Positions 1 through 7,455 of a DNA stretch of 27,166 bases are shown in pieces. The DNA is taken from assembly GCA_003661905.1 (NCBI GenBank), contig QMXA01000001.1, forward strand, positions 1-27,166. Reading direction: 5' to 3'. Source of the DNA: Thermoprotei archaeon. Lineage in GTDB: Archaea > Thermoproteota > Thermoprotei_A > Sulfolobales > Ignisphaeraceae. Numbering within the stretch: the first letter of the stretch is position 1; each line of letters opens with the position of its first letter. The notes beneath the pieces were generated by a model. The model was not told the origin of the DNA. It saw only the letters and a list, made by a program, of their open reading frames with translations, and made no database searches. Made by a program: the position numbers and the translations under genes.

Positions 1-84
1 GTCATAGACAAGAGAAATATAAGTAAGTGCCTTAACAAATAGCTGTAAGCCTTAAATCTCTCAGAAAAATCTGAATTTAATGGC

Positions 85-161
85 GGGGCCGTAGTTTAGC
101 CTGGGAGAATGCGGGGCTTGGGCCCCCGTGGTCCGGGGTTCAAATCCCCGCGGCCCCACCA
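85..161 (+). tRNA. tRNA-Pro (anticodon UGG), CCA encoded
   Basis: Cloverleaf readable in the sequence: acceptor GGGGCCG pairs with CGGCCCC; anticodon stem CGGGG/CCCCG with loop CUUGGGC (anticodon UGG); T-arm CGGGG-TTCAAAT-CCCCG; discriminator A followed by CCA. The D-arm pairing is weak (G-U pairs). The 109..312 track ORF overlaps it and is spurious. Confidence 0.8.
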
Positions 162-635
162 CCTTAAATTTATATGGGGTCTAACACCTATTTCCTTGGT
201 GCGGATTGACATGTTATATCACCATGTACAGGCCGTTATATCAAATTCAAAGATACGTTCTGAATTCAGTTTCGAATTCACTAGTTGGGATGGTTTTTCT
301 TGGTTGATGTGAAGTTCTTGAGAAACATCCCCAATGACATGCGGTACAGGGTGTTTGATCACCTATGCTACGTAAGAAAGGTAGATTCAAGGAGTTTAGG
401 CATATCACCAGCACCGGTAAACATGGTAAAGAATAGGAAGAGGAGAATTACGGACAGCTGAAGAGGATTCTGGAACTACCACCTCCTGCCACACGCCTTA
501 ATGGTTAGTCATGCCTCACGCACTCCTTGAAGGGCCAGGTCTTGCAGGTAAAAAGCTTTAACGCGCTCATGTTGAGAGTTTACCGTATGGATTCAAATTA
601 AATTAACTTTACTGAAGCAAAACAAGTTTGACGAG

Positions 636-1505
636 TTATCCTCGCTTAATGACTATATCGCCTACCTTAACCCCTATGTCCTCAGCCACTACCGGGCACT
701 TAGCCATTAGGAGGAAGTACACTCCCCCCACGTCGCTTAGGTCTTCGTAATTTCCTTGTCCCTTGGATATTACTAGGTCGTGGTTCCTTATCCACGACAG
801 TACCTCAGGTGAGAAGAGCTCAGGTCCCGTGCTAGGCTTGCCGCTTGACACTTTCCTGAACTCTATGTTCGGTAATTTGTCTAGGCCTACGTAGAGGGCA
901 TCCTCTATTGTGGCATCGTTGATTGTTGGACCTCCCTTAACGACAAAGGATACCCTCCTGAAGGGTTTCCCCTTGACCCTGATCATCTCCTCTATTAGGA
1001 GCTTATCGAAGACAATTTCCCCTGCGTTGTCGGCGAAGTACAGGAGGGTTTCCGCACTTAGTACCTCCCTCCTCAACCTGCTGTAGTCGTCTATGGCTGG
1101 CTCCTGCTTCATGACCTTCTCGATCGTTGCTCTTAGGTCATAGGCTTCGACGGCAGCGAAATCAGTTATGTTTCCCGCTATAGCCACCTTAACGGCAGCC
1201 CTTAATGAATCCTCAAGCGAAGCTATTAGGGATTTGACCTCGACTACCATTGCTAGGGCCTCATCGTTGCTTGCCCTCTTGAGGTCCCTGTATGGGTCGT
1301 CAACACCCGTTAACTCCCCGATTAATTCAGCGACTCTTGACTCTCTAACGAGTTGCGATGGGGTGCCAACCCACTCCATCTCAGTTAAGTGATGCATCAC
1401 CCTACGTAGTACTTCCTCCTGTACCTTTGGGTCGTTTGTCGCTAGCCTGGCTGCCTTGAGTGCTTGCTTAGCTATGCATACCACGCAGTCTAGCCTGAGC
1501 TTCAT
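636..1505 (-). CDS. DUF89 / ARMT1-like metal-dependent (damage-control) phosphatase family protein
   Basis: 289-aa ORF with an N-terminal C-x-x-C-x-x-x-Q, a DNAGE motif and a KGQGNYE motif, which I recognise as DUF89 (PF01937) hallmarks. GC content is clearly higher than in the rest of the window. ATG start at 1505. Confidence 0.6.
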   Translation of the reverse strand: MKLRLDCVVCIAKQALKAARLATNDPKVQEEVLRRVMHHLTEMEWVGTPSQLVRESRVAELIGELTGVDDPYRDLKRASNDEALAMVVEVKSLIASLEDSLRAAVKVAIAGNITDFAAVEAYDLRATIEKVMKQEPAIDDYSRLRREVLSAETLLYFADNAGEIVFDKLLIEEMIRVKGKPFRRVSFVVKGGPTINDATIEDALYVGLDKLPNIEFRKVSSGKPSTGPELFSPEVLSWIRNHDLVISKGQGNYEDLSDVGGVYFLLMAKCPVVAEDIGVKVGDIVIKRG

Positions 1506-1872
1506 GTTGCCTCAGCCACGAATAAGGGTACCTCACCGTATTATAGGTTTCTGAACCTTGGGCTTAAGGGAACAATGATTTCTTAGGTATACACTTAGTT
1601 CTTTGGATACCTCTACTCCGGAGTAACGTATACCCCAAACTGTAGTACTTAGGAAGTATATAGTACCTCGAACCGGGGTACTTGATCTTTAGTCTTTAAA
1701 GAAGGATGTTGTAGGAGATACACATGGTCTTGGCTTTAAGCTTACATAGATATTACATTATGGCATATCGTACTTCAAATAATAGCTGTTTTTGATAACA
1801 CTAGTTGAATATTGTTTATGCTTACTTGGCGTATCAGCTATATGCTTACTAATAGGCTCCAGCATATGTCTG

Positions 1873-1911
1873 GAGCCCCCGTGGTCCGGAGTTCAAATCC
1901 CTGCGGTCTCA
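1873..1911 (+). repeat. Degenerate direct repeat of the 3' half (anticodon loop to 3' end) of the tRNA-Pro gene at 85..161; att-like remnant or partial pseudo-tRNA
   Basis: GGAGCCCCCGTGGTCCGGAGTTCAAATCCCTGCGGTCTCA aligns with tRNA positions from the anticodon loop to the discriminator at about 34 of 39 identities, in the same orientation, about 1.7 kb downstream of the intact tRNA. Confidence 0.6.
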
Positions 1912-2424
1912 TTAACTATAAATATCTACTCATTAATGTTCTCACCATATCGATGTAAATTAATTAAGCAATTTCTTAATAGATTATAATAATTTCTCTC
2001 GACATATCAGTTACATGTCTTAGCGTTATGGCTATAAGAGGTGAGATAGAGCTTCAATTTGTGTAGAATACGAGGGATAGCTATAATGCTAGGAGTGTTC
2101 AAGGTAAATGATAAGCTTGGAAAGAGATTAGTAATTATATTAAAAGGATTTCCCTGCCCTTGGAAAGATGCAGTTTTTGTCCCTTCGCCTTAGAGCAATT
2201 ACCGGTATTAGGGATATAATTATGACAAATAGACATATAATTAATTAAGCTATAAAATTTCATATTCAATTAGGATACTATGGAATCTATGAAGTAATTT
2301 GGTGAGAATTCGAGGAGTAAATAGTTTAAAGTTCATATGAGAAGTTGGAAAACACATATGACCATATCCCTTTATATATGTGGGCTGAGATGTACAGCTA
2401 TACTAAAATTAGGTGTGTTAACTA

Positions 2425-3291
2425 GTGGATATAGTAAGTATGTCACTCATACTATTAGTGGTTTTAGTAATTGCTGTAGTTATCTCTAGAGCTGTAAGAA
2501 TTGTTCGAGAATATGCGAGGCTCATAGTCTTTAGACTTGGTAGACTCATAGGTGCTAGAGGTCCTGGACTAGTATTACTTGTACCCTTCATAGATACTGC
2601 GAAAAGAGTTGATCTTAGGGAGTTTATGCTAGATATTCCTCCACAAACCTGTTTTACTAGAGATAATGCTCCTGTAGACATAGATCTATTTGTATATCTT
2701 AAGGTGTTTGACCCAGTAAAATCAGTTATTGAGGTTAAAGATTTCGTAAATGCATCCATAGGCGTGACCATAACTACTCTAAGAGCTGTAATAGGTGATT
2801 TAGTACTTGATGACGTACTTGCTAAGAGAGACCAAATCAATAATCTCTTAAGGACGAAATTAGATGAAATAACAGATAGATGGGGTATAAAAGTAACTGC
2901 AGTAGAGATTAAGGAAATAAGACCTCCTAGAGATGTTCAAGAAGCCATGGTTAAGCAAATGGCTGCTGAAAGAACTAGAAGAGCTATGATACTAGAAGCA
3001 AGCGGTAAAAAACAAGCCGTTATATTAGAAGCTGAAGGACATAAAGAAGCATTAATTAAGGAAGCTGAAGGAGAAAAAATAGCTCGTTTACGTAAAGCAG
3101 AAGGATATGCCATGGCTCTTGAAAAAATAAATGAAGCAGCAGCAAAGATAGGCTCAAACACACTATATTTACAATACCTCGATGCACTTAAGAGAGTAGG
3201 AGAGTCTACATCAACTAAGATAGTTATACCTTTAGAATTATCAACAGATATACTCAAAGTAGCTAAGAAGTTCATAGAAGGAATAGGGTAA
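2425..3291 (+). CDS. SPFH/band-7 (stomatin/prohibitin-like) membrane protein
   Basis: N-terminal TM helix followed by a typical SPFH core (…EIRPPRDVQEAM…AEGEK…) and a coiled-coil Ala/Glu-rich tail. The track start is a GTG; ATG at 2440 (MSLILLVV…) with a TATA-like ctatactaaaatta about 30 nt upstream is the likelier start. Confidence 0.85.
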   Translation: MDIVSMSLILLVVLVIAVVISRAVRIVREYARLIVFRLGRLIGARGPGLVLLVPFIDTAKRVDLREFMLDIPPQTCFTRDNAPVDIDLFVYLKVFDPVKSVIEVKDFVNASIGVTITTLRAVIGDLVLDDVLAKRDQINNLLRTKLDEITDRWGIKVTAVEIKEIRPPRDVQEAMVKQMAAERTRRAMILEASGKKQAVILEAEGHKEALIKEAEGEKIARLRKAEGYAMALEKINEAAAKIGSNTLYLQYLDALKRVGESTSTKIVIPLELSTDILKVAKKFIEGIG

Positions 3292-3551
3292 AGACATAAT
3301 TAGCACTGAATAATTTTTAACCCTAACCAAGGTATCGCTCATCACTATTCTTTAATAATTATCATTTCGAAGACTATCAAGAATATTTCTAAAAATCAAT
3401 AATCCCCTACATTTGACTCAATTATGACTTGAGAACCTTTAGATTTTTACAACTAGCAAACAATGTTAGTAAGGGTTGCCCGTTTTAGATCTTTAATTAC
3501 TTAGTTAACGCTTATAATTTGCTTAGAATTATTGACTATCTCCCATGAAGA

Positions 3552-3590
3552 TGTTACATATGTAACAAAAATTTTGATACTATGTAACAT
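3552..3590. promoter_or_regulatory. Candidate operator: perfect 16-bp palindrome TGTTACATATGTAACA plus a third ATGTAACA half-site 22 bp downstream, abutting the argG start codon and overlapping an A/T-rich TATA-like stretch
   Basis: Palindrome read directly at 3552..3567. ATGTAACA recurs at 3582..3589, with the TTG start at 3590. The aaaaatttt lies between the two. Confidence 0.45.
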
Positions 3591-4858
3591 TGGCTACGTT
3601 AAGTATAACTAGGGTTCTCAAGTTTATCCAAGTAGTAGGTGATACATTGAGAGTAGTGTTAGCATACTCTGGAGGGCTGGATACATCAGTCATACTAATG
3701 CTTTTACAAGAAAAATTGGGAGCAGAAGTAATAACAGTCACTGTTGATGTGGGTCAAGAGAATGATTTTGAAGGAATAGCTCATAAAGCTGAGAAGCTAG
3801 GCTCAGTAAAACACTACACAATTGATGCAAAGCATGAATTTGTAGAACGATTCGTACTACCAGCTCTTAAAGCTAATGCTCTTTATGAGGATAAGTACCC
3901 TCTCTCAAGTGCTCTTTCAAGGCCATTAATAGCTGAGAAACTAGTTGCCATTGCAAAAAAGGAAGGAGCAGAAATAATAGCACATGGATGTACAGGGAAA
4001 GGTAATGATCAAATACGATTTGAGTTAACAATAAAAGCACTGGAGCCTTCATTGAAAGTCATAGCACCAGTTCGAGATTGGGGATTAACTAGAGATTGGG
4101 AGATAAAATATGCTCTTTCAAAAGGCATACCAGTAAAGACAAAGCCCTATAGTATAGATGAGAATTTATGGGGCAGAAGTATAGAGTGCGGCATCTTAGA
4201 AAATCCCTATGCTGAACCGCTAGAGGAGGTATTTAAATGGACTACAGCTCCAGAGAAAGCTCCTGAGAAACCAGAATACGTGACTATAGAATTCAAAGGA
4301 GGTGTACCAACAGCGATAAACGATGAGTACATGGATCCTTATAAAGCAATAGCTCTTCTCAATTACAAAGCAGGAAAACATGGAGTAGGGAGGATAGATC
4401 ATATAGAGGATAGAACGGTAGGAATAAAGAGTCGTGAAGTCTATGAATGCCCAGCAGCAATAACGCTTATTGAAGCTCATAAAGATCTTGAAAAATTAGT
4501 ATTAACGAAGTGGGAATTACAGTTCAAGAGCTTAGCAAGTGAAATGTGGTCATGGTTAGTATATACAGGGCTATGGATAGAGCCTTTACGAAAGGAGCTC
4601 CAGGTACTCATAGATGAAATGAACAAGAGAGTCAATGGAGTTGTTAAAGTAAAGCTATACAAAGGAACTGCAATAGTTGTAGGAAGAAATTCGCCCAATT
4701 CTCTATATGATATTAAAGTATCTACTTATGAAGCTTGGAGTACATATGATCAGAAATTAGCAAAAGGATTCATAGAACTTTGGGGACTTCAGAGCGTCAT
4801 GGCATTTAATAAATTTATGACTAAAACTCATGGTGATTCTTATGATATCTTACCGTGA
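3590..4858 (+). CDS. argG: Argininosuccinate synthase
   Basis: AYSGGLDTSV PP-loop motif and a full-length ArgG-like sequence. The track start is TTG 3590; TTG 3647 or GTG 3653 (…VVLAYSGG) could be the true start. Confidence 0.9.
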   Translation: MATLSITRVLKFIQVVGDTLRVVLAYSGGLDTSVILMLLQEKLGAEVITVTVDVGQENDFEGIAHKAEKLGSVKHYTIDAKHEFVERFVLPALKANALYEDKYPLSSALSRPLIAEKLVAIAKKEGAEIIAHGCTGKGNDQIRFELTIKALEPSLKVIAPVRDWGLTRDWEIKYALSKGIPVKTKPYSIDENLWGRSIECGILENPYAEPLEEVFKWTTAPEKAPEKPEYVTIEFKGGVPTAINDEYMDPYKAIALLNYKAGKHGVGRIDHIEDRTVGIKSREVYECPAAITLIEAHKDLEKLVLTKWELQFKSLASEMWSWLVYTGLWIEPLRKELQVLIDEMNKRVNGVVKVKLYKGTAIVVGRNSPNSLYDIKVSTYEAWSTYDQKLAKGFIELWGLQSVMAFNKFMTKTHGDSYDILP

Positions 4859-6272
4859 GCCTCTCTTAGGAAAAACTGATGAAATGATCCTTAAGTACAT
4901 ATCATCTATTAAGGACGATACAGCAATAGTTCACGAAGTATTAGAAGTGTTAATGGCTCATGTACAGCATTTAATGCATAAAAATATAATTCCTCAAAAT
5001 ATTGGTAAGAAAATTACTGAAATTTTATTGGAATTATATAAAGATCCATCACCTCTCTTTTCCATGAGTGTTGAAGATGTTCATGAAGCAATAGAACTTT
5101 ACATAGAGAGGAAAATAGGTAAAGATGCTGGCTGGTTAGCTATAGCCAAGAGCAGAAATGACCATGTAGTTGCAGCTCTTAGACTAAAGGTTAAGAGATT
5201 ATTGGTGAAACTTATAGATGAATTACTGAAATTCAGAGCATTGTTACTGCAAAAAGCTAACCAACATTTAGAGACATTAATGCCTGCATTTACACATTTA
5301 CAACCCGCACAGGTTAGTACCTATGCTCATTATCTCACATATGTAGAAGAAATCTTAGCTACCTATACAAAGTTACTACTATTCATAACAAAGGAGGTAA
5401 TTGATAAATCCCCTCTTGGAGCAAGTGCTGCAACCACAACAACTGTTCCCATAGATAGATACGAACTAGCATATGAGACCGGATTCAAAGATCTTGTAGT
5501 TAATAGTATTGTTGCTACTGGTTCACGGGACTTCTTAGCAATAGCTAGTGCTATATCTACCTGTTTAGCAGTATTTATATCTCGCATAGCTGAAGATATG
5601 ATTATATTTTCAACTCCTCAATTTAATTATCTAAATCCTGATTCAAGACATTTAGCAACAAGTAGTGTTATGCCTCATAAGAAGAATTTAGTGACAATGG
5701 AAATTGCAAGAGCTTGGGGAGGTGAAGCAATAGGACATTTGACAGCATTATTATCAATTCTAAAAGCTCTGCCTTCGGGATATAATTTAGATCTTCAGGA
5801 AGCTACTAAGCATTGCATAAGAGTATTGCAAGAAACTATAAACACTTTAACAATAGTTAAGGATTTCATAGAGAAATTAGAACCAAATACTCAATCTATG
5901 AAGAGAGATGTAGAACTCTACCCCATAACATCAACAGAGCTTATTGAAACAATCTCTTTAAGACTTTGTAAACCTTATAGAGAAGTGCATAGAAAACTAG
6001 CTTTAGTAATTAGAAGTTCTAAAAGCTTCAAGGATGCTTTAGATAAAGTATTTAGTGAACTTGGTGTTTATTTCCTAGAGCTTAAGCCTCCTATAGAGCC
6101 TAAGAACTCCATATATGCTAAGAACCATCCAGGATCCCCTCATCCTCTATCAGTTAAGAATTACATAACAAAAGCTGAAAAAAGAATTAGAGATGAATAC
6201 ATAGAACTTGATGTTATGAAGAAGAATTCAAAGAACCCAATATTATGTCAGAAGAATGAGTCTGTGATTTAA
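4830..6272 (+). CDS. argH: Argininosuccinate lyase
   Basis: Fumarate-lyase signature TSSVMPHKKN and an HLQPAQ motif. Overlaps the argG stop by about 17 to 29 nt; the probable start is ATG 4842. Lys-rich C-terminal tail. Confidence 0.85.
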   Translation: MVILMISYREPLLGKTDEMILKYISSIKDDTAIVHEVLEVLMAHVQHLMHKNIIPQNIGKKITEILLELYKDPSPLFSMSVEDVHEAIELYIERKIGKDAGWLAIAKSRNDHVVAALRLKVKRLLVKLIDELLKFRALLLQKANQHLETLMPAFTHLQPAQVSTYAHYLTYVEEILATYTKLLLFITKEVIDKSPLGASAATTTTVPIDRYELAYETGFKDLVVNSIVATGSRDFLAIASAISTCLAVFISRIAEDMIIFSTPQFNYLNPDSRHLATSSVMPHKKNLVTMEIARAWGGEAIGHLTALLSILKALPSGYNLDLQEATKHCIRVLQETINTLTIVKDFIEKLEPNTQSMKRDVELYPITSTELIETISLRLCKPYREVHRKLALVIRSSKSFKDALDKVFSELGVYFLELKPPIEPKNSIYAKNHPGSPHPLSVKNYITKAEKRIRDEYIELDVMKKNSKNPILCQKNESVI

Positions 6273-6273
6273 A

Positions 6274-7455
6274 ATGCCTATTCAGCATCATAGCAGGAAG
6301 AGACTATGTAGATATGGTCTCAGGTCTCTCATAGTTCTCGAGGATGGCGTAATAATTGAAGGCTGTGGTTTTGGTTCTCCAGGAATTCGAGTAGGCGAAA
6401 TGGTATTTACCACAGGTATGGTTGGATACCCCGAAGCTTTAACAGATCCATCTTTTGAAGGGCAAATACTGATCATGACCCATCCCCTTATTGGGAATTA
6501 TGGAGTTCCAAGTACAAAGATAACAGAGTATGGACTTCCCTTGCATTATGAATCAGATAGAATTCATGTTGAAGCACTCGTAGTAGCATATGAAACTAAT
6601 CCAAGTCACTGGACCAGTTCTAAAAGTCTTCATGAGTGGTTAGTTTCCGAGAATATACCTGGTATATCTGATGTCGATACACGAATGCTTGTCAAACATA
6701 TAAGAGAAAAAGGAGTTATGATGGCTGCTATCGCAGTCTATAACTATAGTGAAGACGTAAATGCTGAATACCTCTTCGAAATCTTAAAGAAAACGACTAG
6801 ATATGACTACCTAAACTTAGTCGATAGAGTATCTCCATCGAGGCCCATAGCATATACCCCCAATAAACACTGGAGAGAAACGATACTCGTAATAGACTGT
6901 GGGGTGAAGTACGGCATATTAAGAGAATTGCTGAGGAGAAAATTCAGAGTTATAAGAATACCATGTAAAGAAAATCCAGTAGAGTATCTCCACGAATATA
7001 ATGCCAAAGGAGTTGTCTTTAGCAATGGACCTGGTAATCCAATAATACTTAAAGATACTATCAAGCATGCTCAAAATTTAATAGAGTACGAGATTCCTGT
7101 TCTAGGCATATGTTTAGGTCATCAGATATTGGCGCTAGCCGCAGGTGGTAGAACTTATAAGCTTAGGTATGGTCATAGGGGCCAAAATAAACCATGTATA
7201 GATGTAGAAAGTGGAAAGTGTTTTGTAACAAGTCAAAACCATGGATTTGCAGTAGATGCCGATTCTCTAAAAGATACGGGATTCAAAATATGGATGATAA
7301 ATGCTGATGACAAGACTATTGAGGGATTGAAACATGTAACTAAACCCATAATAACTACACAATTTCATCCGGAGGCCTCTCCAGGACCTCTTGATACTTC
7401 ATGGATCTTCGACTTGTTCAGGAAAATGGTCGAGAGGCATGGAACTTCCATCTAA
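6274..7455 (+). CDS. carA: Carbamoyl-phosphate synthase small (glutamine amidotransferase) subunit
   Basis: CarA N-domain followed by a class-I GATase with GICLGHQILALAAGG (catalytic Cys). ATG is 1 nt after the argH stop. Confidence 0.9.
   Translation: MPIQHHSRKRLCRYGLRSLIVLEDGVIIEGCGFGSPGIRVGEMVFTTGMVGYPEALTDPSFEGQILIMTHPLIGNYGVPSTKITEYGLPLHYESDRIHVEALVVAYETNPSHWTSSKSLHEWLVSENIPGISDVDTRMLVKHIREKGVMMAAIAVYNYSEDVNAEYLFEILKKTTRYDYLNLVDRVSPSRPIAYTPNKHWRETILVIDCGVKYGILRELLRRKFRVIRIPCKENPVEYLHEYNAKGVVFSNGPGNPIILKDTIKHAQNLIEYEIPVLGICLGHQILALAAGGRTYKLRYGHRGQNKPCIDVESGKCFVTSQNHGFAVDADSLKDTGFKIWMINADDKTIEGLKHVTKPIITTQFHPEASPGPLDTSWIFDLFRKMVERHGTSI

Noticed and set aside
255-274. GAATTCAGTTTCGAATTCA short repeat / CTGAATTCAG palindrome
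   Set aside because: Only a 10-bp palindrome built from two EcoRI sites, with no associated gene start. Likely coincidental.
109-312. 67-aa plus-strand ORF from the six-frame track
   Set aside because: It reads straight through the tRNA-Pro gene, giving a Gly/Pro-rich translation of the tRNA, and has no coding-like composition afterwards. Spurious.
1168-1392. Antisense ORFs inside annotated genes: 1168..1392, 2418..2840, 2937..3275, 4220..4698, 5363..5587, 7735..8121, 15243..15461, 16027..16266, 16879..17244, 18567..18797, 19409..19841, 21440..21763, 22081..22612, 24918..25733 and others
   Set aside because: Each is fully embedded opposite a long, strongly supported gene, with low-complexity translations. 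These are typical shadow ORFs.
162-1872. Intact integrative element (virus or plasmid) at tRNA-Pro
   Set aside because: There is no integrase or any other mobile-element gene. The interval holds one metabolic-type gene plus non-coding DNA, and the downstream repeat is degenerate. It is at most a decayed remnant, reported as such rather than as a mobile element.
1792-1989. 65-aa plus-strand ORF
   Set aside because: It spans the hairpin and the tRNA-like repeat. The translation is a low-complexity artefact of the tRNA-derived sequence.
2086-2193. 35-aa ORF (MLGVFKVNDKLGKRLVIILKGFPCPWKDAVFVPSP) upstream of the SPFH gene
   Set aside because: There is no ribosome-binding site or recognisable motif, and it is too short to judge from composition alone. 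It could be real, since small proteins often accompany stomatin operons, but it is unsupported.
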